Below are positions 47,730-57,089 of a DNA stretch of 64,000 nucleotides, one piece after another; the first letter of the stretch is position 1, and each line of letters opens with the position of its first letter. The DNA lies in NCBI GenBank assembly GCA_043744615.1, contig JAYTUJ010000030.1, positions 1,329-65,328 of the forward strand, read 5' to 3'. This stretch comes from a bacterium (lineage in GTDB: Bacteria > Patescibacteriota > Minisyncoccia > Phycocordibacterales > CAIRYW01). A model generated the notes under the pieces. It ran no database searches. It was not told the origin of the DNA and worked only from the letters and a program-made list of their open reading frames with translations. Made by a program: the position numbers and the translations under genes.

Positions 47730-48368
47730 ATGAACGACTTCGATATTGTAAAACTAGTCTTTGGAGTCGTAATCTTAATTATTTCTGTTGTTGCTCATGA
47801 AGTTGCTCACGGCCTTGCTGCTTATAAACTTGGTGATCCAACCGCAAAGCTTCTCAATAGACTTTCTATGAACCCAATACGTCATATTGACCCTATTGGC
47901 TCTATTATATTGCCAGCAGTTACCTATATGTCAGGAGGTTTTATTTTTGGATGGGCAAAACCAGTTCCATATAATCCTCAATTTTTTAAAAATCCTAAAT
48001 CAGGCGAAGGAATTGTAGCGTTTGCTGGCCCTCTAATGAATATCTCTATAGCTTTTATTACAGGTCTTTTTTTAAGATTTTCAGTGTTTATTAAACCTTT
48101 ATTGATCTATTTCAATATGCATCCAGCAGTTGTTGGTCTTTTAGGGATGATTATTATTACCAATCTTATGTTGGCATTGTTTAATTTAATGCCAATTCCT
48201 CCTTTAGACGGTTCAAAAATTCTTTTTTCTTTTTTACCTTCAGATAGCCGAATAAAACACTTTCTTTCTCAATACAGTCTTATAATTGGACTTGTTTTTA
48301 TATTTTTTGTATGGGATAAAATAGCTCCAGCAGCCTTTTTTATTACTCGTTTTTTGATTGGTTCATAG
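47730..48368 (+). CDS. Site-2 protease (M50) family protein
   Basis: HEVAH, AGPLMN, NLMPIPPLDG motifs. Confidence 0.92.
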   Translation: MNDFDIVKLVFGVVILIISVVAHEVAHGLAAYKLGDPTAKLLNRLSMNPIRHIDPIGSIILPAVTYMSGGFIFGWAKPVPYNPQFFKNPKSGEGIVAFAGPLMNISIAFITGLFLRFSVFIKPLLIYFNMHPAVVGLLGMIIITNLMLALFNLMPIPPLDGSKILFSFLPSDSRIKHFLSQYSLIIGLVFIFFVWDKIAPAAFFITRFLIGS

Positions 48369-48425
48369 TTTTATCTTTTAAATACTTGCATTACACTATT
48401 TTGTATAGTAAAGTATGTGCCACAA

Positions 48426-48839
48426 ATGCCAACAATTAATCAGCTTACAAAAAGGAACCGAACAAAGACAAAACGAAAGTCAAAGTCGGTAGCTCTTACT
48501 CGAGGTTTTAACACAATTAAAAACCGACCAATCTTTTTTAATTCTCCTTTTAAACGAGGGGTTTGTACAAAAGTAACTACAAAAACACCTAAGAAACCTA
48601 ACTCAGCGGTTCGAAAGATTGCCCGAGTACGATTAACAAACGGTCTTGAAGTAACAGCGTATATTCCAGGAATCGGACACAACTTACAAGAACACTCTGT
48701 AGTAGTTGTACGAGGAGGACGAGTAAAAGACGTCGGACTTCGATACCAGGTTGTACGAGGTGTTCTCGACTCAACAGGAGTAGAAAAACGAGGTCAATCT
48801 CGAAGTCGATATGGAGCTAAACGGCCAAAAGCTAAGTAA
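48426..48839 (+). CDS. rpsL: 30S ribosomal protein S12
   Basis: [24 protein letters not shown] motifs. Confidence 0.98.
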   Translation: MPTINQLTKRNRTKTKRKSKSVALTRGFNTIKNRPIFFNSPFKRGVCTKVTTKTPKKPNSAVRKIARVRLTNGLEVTAYIPGIGHNLQEHSVVVVRGGRVKDVGLRYQVVRGVLDSTGVEKRGQSRSRYGAKRPKAK

Positions 48840-48847
48840 TAAATTTT

Positions 48848-49318
48848 ATGCGAAGACCCTTAAAACGAAAACATACAGTAAAAGCTGATCCTGTATATGG
48901 TTCAGAAAAAGTTGAAAAGTTTATCAACTATGTTATGGAACGTGGAAAAAAGAACGCTGCTCGAAAGATCATCTACGGAGCTCTTGAAACAATAAAAGAA
49001 AAACTTAAAGTTGAAAATCCTATGGAAGTGTTTGATCTAGCTATCGTAAACACAAGTCCTATCATGGAAGTTCGATCACGACGAGTTGGGGGTGCTAACT
49101 ATCAAGTTCCTCGAGAAGTTCGACCAGAACGACGACTACAACTTTCTATGCGATGGATCAAAGACGCTGCAAGGTCAAAAAAGGGTCAACCAATGCACAT
49201 CAAAATTGCTGATGAAATTATCGCTGCTTCAAAAAATGAAGGCGAAGCTATTAAAAAGCGAGAAAACACTCACAAGATGGCAGAAGCCAACAAAGCATTT
49301 GCTCACTTCGCTTGGTAA
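48848..49318 (+). CDS. rpsG: 30S ribosomal protein S7
   Basis: RRVGGANYQVP, HKMAEANKAFAH motifs. Confidence 0.98.
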   Translation: MRRPLKRKHTVKADPVYGSEKVEKFINYVMERGKKNAARKIIYGALETIKEKLKVENPMEVFDLAIVNTSPIMEVRSRRVGGANYQVPREVRPERRLQLSMRWIKDAARSKKGQPMHIKIADEIIAASKNEGEAIKKRENTHKMAEANKAFAHFAW

Positions 49319-49337
49319 TCTCACTAAACTAAAAATT

Positions 49338-49363
49338 AAACAGGTCGCAAGGCCTGTTTTTTT
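49338..49363 (+). terminator. Intrinsic terminator between rpsG and fusA
   Basis: CAGGTC-GCAA-GGCCTG with T7; followed by a TTGCAA...TGCTATTTT promoter-like motif. Confidence 0.75.
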
Positions 49364-49441
49364 ATTGCAAAGATACAAATTTAATGCTATTTTATCTGCA
49401 CGACCTAACTAAGTCGGCTTGTTTATTTATTATTATTTTTT

Positions 49442-51583
49442 ATGAATAGAGACTACCCCCTAGAACGAGTTCGAAACTTTGGAATTATCGCCCACATTGA
49501 TGCGGGTAAAACAACAACATCAGAACGAATCCTGTATTACACAGGTATGAGTCATAAAATTGGTGAAGTTCACAACGGTGAAGCAACAACAGACTGGATG
49601 GAACAAGAAAAAGAACGAGGTATTACAATTACCGCGGCCGCTATTACTTGTTTCTGGAACCCAACATACATGGGAGACGACAAGTCAATGATGCACCGAT
49701 TTAACATCATCGACACCCCTGGTCACGTAGACTTTACGGTAGAAGTAGAACGATCTCTTAAAGTTCTTGACGGAGGAGTTGTAGTTTTTGACGGAGTAGC
49801 TGGAGTAGAACCACAATCAGAAACTGTATGGCGACAAGCTGACAAATATAAAGTTCCTCGAATTTGTTTTATTAACAAGCTCGACCGAACAGGTGCTTCT
49901 TTTGACCGATCATTTAACTCTATTCTTGATCGACTCAACAAAAATGCAGTTCGAATGCAACTTCCAATTGGTCTTGAAGATCAACACGACGGAGTTGTAG
50001 ATTTGCTTACTCGAAAAGCATACAAATTCGAAGGAGACATGGGAAATAAAATCATCATGGAAGATGTTCCTGAAGATATGAAAGCAGATGTTGAAAAATA
50101 TCGAGCTATTTTGATCGAAAAAGTTGCTGAACACGATGAAGTTTTAATGAATATGTATCTTGAAGGAAACGAACCTTCAGTACCTGAACTCAAAAAAGTT
50201 ATTCGAAAGGCAGTTATTTCTAACTCATTGTTCCCAGTATTCGCGGGATCAGCTTTGAAAAACAAAGGAGTACAAATTGTACTTGATGCAGTAGTTGAAT
50301 ACCTTCCATGTCCACTTGATATTCCTCCAGTTCGAGGTCTTGATCCAGCAACAGGAGCAGAAATTTTCCGAAAACCTTCTGACACAGAGCCATTTGCTGC
50401 GCTCGCATTTAAATTGCAAACAGATCCTTTCGTAGGACAACTTACATTCTTCCGAGTATATTCTGGAACAGTTGAATCTGGTTCATATCTATATAACTCA
50501 ACAACTGGTAATAAAGAACGACTAGGACGAATCGTACGACTTCAAGCAAACAAGCGAGAAGAAGTTAAAAAAGTTTTTGCCGGAGAAATTGCAGCTGCGG
50601 TAGGATTAAAAGAAGCAAAAACTTCTCATACATTTTGTGATGAAGCACAACCAATCGTTCTTGATCCAATTAAATTTGCTGAACCAGTAGTATCTCTTCG
50701 AATTGAACCTAAAACAAAAGCTGACCAAGAAAAAATGGGTATGGCTCTTAAAAAACTTTCTGATGAAGATCCAACATTCCGAATTTCTTCAAACCAAGAA
50801 ACAGGAGAAACATTGGTTGCGGGTATGGGAGAACTTCATCTCGAAATTATGATCGACCGAATGAAACGAGAATTCGGCGTTGATGCAACTATCGGAAAGC
50901 CACAAGTAGCATACCGAGAAACTATTTTAGGAACTGCAGAAGCTGAACACAAATACATTAAACAATCCGGAGGTAAAGGTCAGTATGGTCACGTTAAAAT
51001 TACTCTTAAGCCAATGGAAAAATTGGAAGAAGGAGCAAAGATTCCTAAAAACGTTAAACGATACGACGACTTTGAATTTATCGACAGTATTAAAGGAGGG
51101 GTTATTCCAAACGAATTTATTCCTGCTGTTGAAAAAGGAGTTCACGAAGCGATGGATCGAGGTATCGTTGCTGGATTCAAAATGGTAAACGTTTCTTGTG
51201 AACTTACATTCGGTTCATATCACGATGTAGACTCTTCTGAAATTGCATACAAAATTGCAGGGTCACAAGCCTTCCAAGATGGTGCGAAACGAGCAAAAGC
51301 GGTTATTCTTGAGCCTATTATGAAGGTAGAGGTAGTTACTCCAGAAAAATTCATGGGAGACATTACAGGAAGTCTTTCATCAAAGCGAGCTCAAATTGAA
51401 GGAATTGAAGACCGAGGACTTTTGAAAGTTATTCGAGCAATGGTTCCACTTTCAGAAATGTTCGGATATGTAACTTCTCTTCGATCAATGACCGAAGGAC
51501 GAGGAAGTTCAACTATGGAATTTGATCACTACGAAGTGGTTCCTCCAAACGTTGAAAAAACTATTGTTGAAGCACGAAAATAA
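49442..51583 (+). CDS. fusA: Elongation factor G
   Basis: [32 protein letters not shown] motifs. Confidence 0.98.
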   Translation: MNRDYPLERVRNFGIIAHIDAGKTTTSERILYYTGMSHKIGEVHNGEATTDWMEQEKERGITITAAAITCFWNPTYMGDDKSMMHRFNIIDTPGHVDFTVEVERSLKVLDGGVVVFDGVAGVEPQSETVWRQADKYKVPRICFINKLDRTGASFDRSFNSILDRLNKNAVRMQLPIGLEDQHDGVVDLLTRKAYKFEGDMGNKIIMEDVPEDMKADVEKYRAILIEKVAEHDEVLMNMYLEGNEPSVPELKKVIRKAVISNSLFPVFAGSALKNKGVQIVLDAVVEYLPCPLDIPPVRGLDPATGAEIFRKPSDTEPFAALAFKLQTDPFVGQLTFFRVYSGTVESGSYLYNSTTGNKERLGRIVRLQANKREEVKKVFAGEIAAAVGLKEAKTSHTFCDEAQPIVLDPIKFAEPVVSLRIEPKTKADQEKMGMALKKLSDEDPTFRISSNQETGETLVAGMGELHLEIMIDRMKREFGVDATIGKPQVAYRETILGTAEAEHKYIKQSGGKGQYGHVKITLKPMEKLEEGAKIPKNVKRYDDFEFIDSIKGGVIPNEFIPAVEKGVHEAMDRGIVAGFKMVNVSCELTFGSYHDVDSSEIAYKIAGSQAFQDGAKRAKAVILEPIMKVEVVTPEKFMGDITGSLSSKRAQIEGIEDRGLLKVIRAMVPLSEMFGYVTSLRSMTEGRGSSTMEFDHYEVVPPNVEKTIVEARK

Positions 51584-51614
51584 TCTAAAACTTCTAGATT
51601 AAAATCAAAAAAAG

Positions 51615-51650
51615 AACAGGCTCCACTAAAAAAGTGGAGCCTGTTTTTTT
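51615..51650 (+). terminator. Intrinsic terminator after fusA
   Basis: AACAGGCTCCACT-A5-AGTGGAGCCTGTT with a T run. Confidence 0.85.
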
Positions 51651-51687
51651 ATATTAAGCCGTAAGACCCTTTAAAAAGCAAATAAAT

Positions 51688-51715
51688 TTGACACTTTAGC
51701 GATATTTGCTATTAT
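51688..51715 (+). promoter_or_regulatory. Sigma70-type promoter for the rpsS block
   Basis: TTGACA, 16 bp spacer, TATTAT with a TG extension. Confidence 0.7.
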
Positions 51716-51755
51716 ATTGCCTAACGCTCGTTACGAGCTGTTTTAGTTTAGTCTT

Positions 51756-52103
51756 ATGACACGATCACTTAAAAAAGGACCATATATTGAAGACCGACTC
51801 TTGAAAAAGATCGAAGGAAAAAAGCCACTTGACGTTGGTCCTATTAAAACATGGTACCGACGAAGCCAAATTTCTCCAGAAATGATTGGTTTTATTTTTG
51901 CGGTTTATAACGGAAAACAACACATCGAAGTTCTTATTAGTGAAGAAATGGTTGGTCATCGACTTGGTGAATTCTCTCCAACACGTAAATTCAACAAACA
52001 CGGAGGTAAGATGCAAAAAGAACTTGATACAGCTAAAAAAGAAGCTGAAATTAACGCTGCAAAATCAGCTAAAGCTCCTGCAGCAACTGGACCTAAAAAA
52101 TAA
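51756..52103 (+). CDS. rpsS: 30S ribosomal protein S19
   Basis: [20 protein letters not shown] motifs. Confidence 0.98.
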   Translation: MTRSLKKGPYIEDRLLKKIEGKKPLDVGPIKTWYRRSQISPEMIGFIFAVYNGKQHIEVLISEEMVGHRLGEFSPTRKFNKHGGKMQKELDTAKKEAEINAAKSAKAPAATGPKK

Positions 52104-52116
52104 TTAAATATCTATC

Positions 52117-52503
52117 ATGAAAGCATCACTTATAAATTACAGACAATCACCACGAAAAGTTCGACTTGTGGTTGACCTTGTTCGAGGAAAAACAGTAAGT
52201 GAAGCAATCTCCCTTCTTAAATTTACTGAAAAACGAGCTTCAGAAGTTATTTCTAAACTTATCTCTTCAGCTTTTGCAAATGCAAAAAATACTGGAGTAA
52301 ACTCTGATGCAACAGTACTTTTTATTAAAGAAATTTCAGTTGATAAAGGAATCACTCTTAAACGAATGATGCCACGAGCACGAGGATCATCAGCACCAAT
52401 CCGAAAACGATCAAGTCATGTTGAGCTTGTATTAGGTGTTAAAGAAGTAAAAGAAAAAGTAGTAAAAGCAAAAAAAACTAGCTCAACAAAAACTAAAAAA
52501 TAA
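52117..52503 (+). CDS. rplV: 50S ribosomal protein L22
   Basis: SPRKVRLV.DLVRGK, PRARG motifs. Confidence 0.97.
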   Translation: MKASLINYRQSPRKVRLVVDLVRGKTVSEAISLLKFTEKRASEVISKLISSAFANAKNTGVNSDATVLFIKEISVDKGITLKRMMPRARGSSAPIRKRSSHVELVLGVKEVKEKVVKAKKTSSTKTKK

Positions 52504-52506
52504 TTT

Positions 52507-53166
52507 ATGTCACATACAGTACATCCATATTCACATAGACTAGGAATCATTCGCGACTGGAAAAGTCGTTGGTTTGGAGTTGATGCTGATTATCGACAAA
52601 ATCTAAAGTGTGACATCATGCTTCGAGAATGGCTTCAAAAGAAAATGCGAGGTCAATATGTAAGTTCTGTTGAAATGGAACGAGATTCAAAAGCTCTTCG
52701 ACTTATCATCAAAACTTCACGACCTGGATTTATCATTGGACGAAGTGGAGACGGAATCACTAAGCTTCGAGCAGAAATCGAAAAGAAGATGAAGAAGCTT
52801 AATGTTTTCCGAAAAAACGAAGAACTAAAAATTGATGTTGAAGAAGTGAAGTCTCCGGAGTCGAATGCTTCTATTGTTGCACAAATGGTTTCAGAAGGTC
52901 TCGAAAAGCGAATGCCTTTTAGACGAATTCTAAAACAAACTGTTGAAAAAGTAAGTGCTAACAGAGACGTTCTTGGTGTTAAAATTTCTATGTCAGGCCG
53001 ACTAGGAGGAGCTGAAATGGCTCGACACGAAGTTCTTAAAAAAGGAAGAATTCCACTCCAGACATTTCGAGCAGACATTGACTATGCTCACTACGAAGCT
53101 TTACTTACCTATGGAAAAATAGGTATTAAAGTTTGGGTGTATAAGGGTGAAATTTTCAATAAATAA
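52507..53166 (+). CDS. rpsC: 30S ribosomal protein S3
   Basis: HP..RLG, RPG.IIG, SGRLGGAEMAR, GIKVWVY motifs. Confidence 0.98.
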   Translation: MSHTVHPYSHRLGIIRDWKSRWFGVDADYRQNLKCDIMLREWLQKKMRGQYVSSVEMERDSKALRLIIKTSRPGFIIGRSGDGITKLRAEIEKKMKKLNVFRKNEELKIDVEEVKSPESNASIVAQMVSEGLEKRMPFRRILKQTVEKVSANRDVLGVKISMSGRLGGAEMARHEVLKKGRIPLQTFRADIDYAHYEALLTYGKIGIKVWVYKGEIFNK

Positions 53167-53180
53167 TTAATACTACTACC

Positions 53181-53603
53181 ATGTTTTTTCCAAAAAAAGT
53201 AAAATATCGAAAATGGCAAACATCACGACGAAATTCAAAACGTCCTCTTATTGCTACACGAGGAACTAAGCTTTCTTTTGGATTGGCTGGTCTTAAAGCT
53301 ACATCTGCATACCGACTTAAATCAAATCAAATCGAATCAGCTCGAAAAGTAATCAGTCGATCAATTGGTAAAACAGGAAAAGTTTGGATTCGAGTTTTTC
53401 CAGATCGACCGTACACACAAAAACCTCCTGAAGTAGCCATGGGTAAAGGAAAAGGAGATCCACAAGGATATTGTTTCCAAGTTGAATCAGGCCGAGTACT
53501 CTTTGAAGTCGACGGAGTAACTGTACAAATTGCAGAGCAAGCTCTTTTAAAAGCAGCTGCAAAATTGCCTTTGAGTACAAAAGTAATAACACGAGTTGCA
53601 TAA
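53181..53603 (+). CDS. rplP: 50S ribosomal protein L16
   Basis: PKKVKYRK, WIRVFP, MGKGKG motifs. Confidence 0.97.
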   Translation: MFFPKKVKYRKWQTSRRNSKRPLIATRGTKLSFGLAGLKATSAYRLKSNQIESARKVISRSIGKTGKVWIRVFPDRPYTQKPPEVAMGKGKGDPQGYCFQVESGRVLFEVDGVTVQIAEQALLKAAAKLPLSTKVITRVA

Positions 53604-53607
53604 ATAT

Positions 53608-53790
53608 ATGAAAGACTTACTTACAAAAGAAGTTTCTGAACTTAAAAAAATGATCGGAGAAAAAAAAGAAGAACTTCGAAAATTTCGATTCGGTGTTGTT
53701 AACGGAAAGACTAAGAACACAAAAGAAGCACACACAATCAAAAAAGATATTGCACGTGTTCTTACTGCAATTAATTCTAAAATGAAATAA
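53608..53790 (+). CDS. rpmC: 50S ribosomal protein L29
   Basis: Operon position and KKDIARVLT motif. Confidence 0.92.
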   Translation: MKDLLTKEVSELKKMIGEKKEELRKFRFGVVNGKTKNTKEAHTIKKDIARVLTAINSKMK

Positions 53791-53791
53791 T

Positions 53792-54058
53792 ATGCCTACT
53801 AAAAAAACAGAAGTAAAAGAAAAAGTAGTTTCACGAAAAAAAGAACTCACAGGAGTTGTTGTTTCAGATAAGATGAAAGACACTATTGTGGTTGCAGTAG
53901 ATAACTACAAGAAACACGAAAAATATCAAAAATTCTTAAAACGAACAAAACGATTTAAGGCTGATGATAAAGGAAACACATGTAAAATTGGTGACAAAGT
54001 AACTATTCAAGAGTGTCGACCAATTTCAAAAGATAAGAAGTTTATCGTAATAAAGTAA
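53792..54058 (+). CDS. rpsQ: 30S ribosomal protein S17
   Basis: GVVVSDKM.DTIVV, ECRPISK.K motifs. Confidence 0.97.
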   Translation: MPTKKTEVKEKVVSRKKELTGVVVSDKMKDTIVVAVDNYKKHEKYQKFLKRTKRFKADDKGNTCKIGDKVTIQECRPISKDKKFIVIK

Positions 54059-54062
54059 TACC

Positions 54063-54443
54063 ATGATTCAAGAACGATCAATTGTAAAAATTGCAGATAA
54101 CTCAGGAGCCAAAGTTGGCCGAGTGTTCAAAGTACTTGGAAGTGCGGCTAAACGATATGCGTATCTTGGTCAGCTTGTAATTCTTTCAGTGCAAAAAGCT
54201 GAACCTCGAAAAGCAGTAAAAAAGAAAGACGTTCTTACTGCAATTGTTGTTCGATCAAAAAATGCACACCGACGAAAAGACGGTTCATATATTCGATTCG
54301 ATGAAAACGCTGTTGTTATTTTACAAAAAGCAGCGAAAGGAAAGTTAGAACCAATGGCTGGACGTATTTTTGGACCTATTCCACGTGAGATTGGTGAATT
54401 GGGATACCAAAAAATTGTTTCTCTTGCTCCAGAAATTGTGTAG
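54063..54443 (+). CDS. rplN: 50S ribosomal protein L14
   Basis: ADNSGAK, RFDENAVV, RIFGP, SLAPE motifs. Confidence 0.98.
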   Translation: MIQERSIVKIADNSGAKVGRVFKVLGSAAKRYAYLGQLVILSVQKAEPRKAVKKKDVLTAIVVRSKNAHRRKDGSYIRFDENAVVILQKAAKGKLEPMAGRIFGPIPREIGELGYQKIVSLAPEIV

Positions 54444-54473
54444 TATTAGTCAATCTCGTAATTTTAAAAAACC

Positions 54474-54689
54474 ATGAGTATCAAAAAAGGCGACAAAGTA
54501 ATAGTGATTACCGGAGGAAACAAAGGTAAAAAAGGAAAAGTACAAACTGTTCTTCGACAAGAAGGAAAGGTTGTTATTGAAGGTGTTAATATGAAAAAGA
54601 AACACGTTAAAGCAACACGAAACAGTAAAGGAAGTGTTATCGAAAAAGCATTCCCGATTCATATTTCTAACGTTAAGATTGAAAAATAA
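54474..54689 (+). CDS. rplX: 50S ribosomal protein L24 (short, 71 aa)
   Basis: KOW motif IKKGDKVIVITG..KGK.G and PIHISNV. Confidence 0.93.
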   Translation: MSIKKGDKVIVITGGNKGKKGKVQTVLRQEGKVVIEGVNMKKKHVKATRNSKGSVIEKAFPIHISNVKIEK

Positions 54690-54690
54690 T

Positions 54691-55230
54691 ATGATGACAA
54701 TTAAAGAAAAAGTTCAAAAATCATTTGACGCGTTAAAGGGCGAATTTGGTTATAAAAATAAAATGGAAGCTCCACGACTTGTTAAAGTTGTGTTGAGTTC
54801 AGGTATTGGTTCTGTTAAAGATCCAAAACGAAAAGAGTTGATTGGTAAAAAATTAACTTTGATTGCCGGACAAAACGTGATAACACGAACAGCTAAAAAA
54901 TCTATCGCTACTTTTAAAGTTCGACAAGGTGATGCTTCAGGTTACCAAGTTACTCTTCGAGGACAACGAATGTATGATTTTCTTGATAAGTTGGTAAACA
55001 TTTCTCTTCCACGAACAAAAGACTTCCGAGGACTAAAACGAGAAGCAGTAGATGCAATGGGTAACTACACAATTGGTATTAAAGAAAATACTATTTTCCC
55101 AGAAACATCTGACGAAGATCTAAAAGATGTATTCGGTTTCTCAATCATCGTTGTTACCAGTAAGAACGACAAAAAAGAAACTCTCTCATTCTTAACTCAT
55201 CTAGGATTTCCGTTTAAGAAAGAGGCGTAA
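54691..55230 (+). CDS. rplE: 50S ribosomal protein L5
   Basis: AKKSIATFKVR, VTLRG.RMY.FL, GNYTIGI motifs. Confidence 0.97.
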   Translation: MMTIKEKVQKSFDALKGEFGYKNKMEAPRLVKVVLSSGIGSVKDPKRKELIGKKLTLIAGQNVITRTAKKSIATFKVRQGDASGYQVTLRGQRMYDFLDKLVNISLPRTKDFRGLKREAVDAMGNYTIGIKENTIFPETSDEDLKDVFGFSIIVVTSKNDKKETLSFLTHLGFPFKKEA

Positions 55231-55257
55231 ATAAAAAATTTAAATAAATAAAAAAGA

Positions 55258-55294
55258 AAACAAGGTCGACTCCAAAAAAGAGTCGACCTTGTTT
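55258..55294. terminator. Bidirectional terminator after rplE
   Basis: AAACAAGGTCGACTC-N7-GAGTCGACCTTGTTT. Confidence 0.8.
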
Positions 55295-55317
55295 GTTCCA
55301 GAACCTTTCTTTGGAGG

Positions 55318-55950
55318 TTAACGCTCATCACCTGTTTTGTCTTGAACTTTTCGCTCAATCCGGCTTGCTATTTTTGCCAGATTTTCTATTGCGACATATT
55401 CGAGAGTGGTTTCTAATGTAGAGCATGCATTAGAGATTAGCAAAAGTGTTTCGCTTAATCCTGCTAACAAAACCAGTTTGTCGGCAGGGGTAATTTTACC
55501 TTTCTCGTGCCAGCAAATCCTTTTAAATTTTCCAGTAACTATCGCAACTTTTCCGGCAAGTCGACCTAAAAGTTCGAGACGGCTAAGCTTTGGTTTTCTG
55601 ATACTTTTTTCGAAGTATTCTTTAAATGTAAGACAAGTCTTTCGTTTTGTTTTTTCTTCATGAATTCCAAGCAAAGCAATCTCCTCAAATGACGATCCAA
55701 GGAGTCGTGACAAAGAACAGGTATACCAAAGTATGTCGCCAAGTTCTTTGGTCAATAATTCTAAATCATGTTTACTAGGTGCTTTATTGTCTGAAATGAT
55801 TTGCACAAGTTTTTCGATAAACTCAAGTGTTTCATCGCTGAAACCAAGGATGTTAGCAATAAATGCTGCGAATAGTAGAGGGGTTCCTACAGGACAATCT
55901 GTTCGAGACGCCACTTTTTGATAGCGATTAAACGTCATATGCATACGCAT
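55318..55950 (-). CDS. MazG-like nucleotide pyrophosphohydrolase with a duplicated domain
   Basis: MTFNRYQ...E..E...KELGDILWY; second copy begins LTFKEY and ends ENLAKIASR..R....GDER. Confidence 0.75.
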   Translation of the reverse strand: MRMHMTFNRYQKVASRTDCPVGTPLLFAAFIANILGFSDETLEFIEKLVQIISDNKAPSKHDLELLTKELGDILWYTCSLSRLLGSSFEEIALLGIHEEKTKRKTCLTFKEYFEKSIRKPKLSRLELLGRLAGKVAIVTGKFKRICWHEKGKITPADKLVLLAGLSETLLLISNACSTLETTLEYVAIENLAKIASRIERKVQDKTGDER

Positions 55951-56118
55951 AATATTTCCTCCAAGTTATAGGTTGTGGTCAAAGAGCTATCATTCACCGT
56001 TGTTGGGAATAAAAGGTTTGACCGGTGTTAGCTAGTTATAGCACAGAAGATATTGTATGCAAATTAAAAAATCTTAAAAGTTAAAAGAGCATTTTCGTCA
56101 TGATACAATATTGATTAT

Positions 56119-56937
56119 ATGAATTCAGATTCTCATTTTATCGACATTCACTGCCACACAAATATGGAGCAGTTTGATGCTGATTATAAAGAAGTAATAA
56201 AGCGGGCTCATGAAAAAGATGTGTGGATAATAAATGTGGGTGTGGATAAGTTAACTTCGCAAAAAGCTGTCGAAATTGCTGAACAATATGAAGAGGGAGT
56301 ATATGCAGTTATAGGACTTCATCCGACTGATAGCCCAGAAGATTTTGACTTAGAATTTTATAAAAGTCTTGCGAAGTCAAAAAAAGTTATAGCTATTGGT
56401 GAGTGTGGCCTAGACTTTTTTCACATCGATCCAAATAAAGAAGAGAACCAAGTGAACAATGGTTCACTTAAAAGACAAATTAAAATATTCGAACAACAAA
56501 TTGAGCTTGCTTTAGAGCTTGATCTTCCAATTATGATTCATTGTCGAGATGCTTACAAAGAGACATTAGAAGTCATTGACCGATATAAAGGACAAAATAA
56601 GTTTTTGGGCAAAAAGCTTCGAGGAGACGTTCACTTTTTTGCAGGCGATGTTGCCACAGCAAAAGCTTTTACTGATCGAGACTTTAGTTTGTCCTTTACA
56701 GGGGTGATTACCTTTACGCATGATTATGACGCAACTATCGAATCTGTTTCTGTCGATAATATTATGTCTGAAACAGATAGTCCTTTTGTTGCGCCAGTGC
56801 CGTATCGTAAAACTCGTAATGAACCCGCCTATGTTATTGAGGTCGTAAAACGACTGGCTGAACTCAAAAAAATGACCATTGAACAAGCCAAAGATACTAT
56901 ATTTAAAAACGCCTCAAATCTCTTTACTTTTAGATAA
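56119..56937 (+). CDS. tatD: TatD family DNase
   Basis: DIHCH, GLHP, IGECGLD, HCRDA, ETDSPF motifs. Confidence 0.95.
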   Translation: MNSDSHFIDIHCHTNMEQFDADYKEVIKRAHEKDVWIINVGVDKLTSQKAVEIAEQYEEGVYAVIGLHPTDSPEDFDLEFYKSLAKSKKVIAIGECGLDFFHIDPNKEENQVNNGSLKRQIKIFEQQIELALELDLPIMIHCRDAYKETLEVIDRYKGQNKFLGKKLRGDVHFFAGDVATAKAFTDRDFSLSFTGVITFTHDYDATIESVSVDNIMSETDSPFVAPVPYRKTRNEPAYVIEVVKRLAELKKMTIEQAKDTIFKNASNLFTFR

Positions 56938-57089
56938 TTTCTGTTATATTACATGAACGCATTTGCGCTTTTTTAATTTATAAAAACGCATTGTTAATTA
57001 TCAGAACCGTCTTTTAGGTTACTTCTGAAGCCATAATAAGGGCTGGCAGAGGAAAAACTAGGGACAATTTAAAAATACTACATAATTAT

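Noticed and set aside
56222-56249. Two TGTGGATAA DnaA-box matches inside tatD
   Set aside because: They lie in coding sequence (VWIINVGVDK) with no adjacent unwinding element; may be chance.
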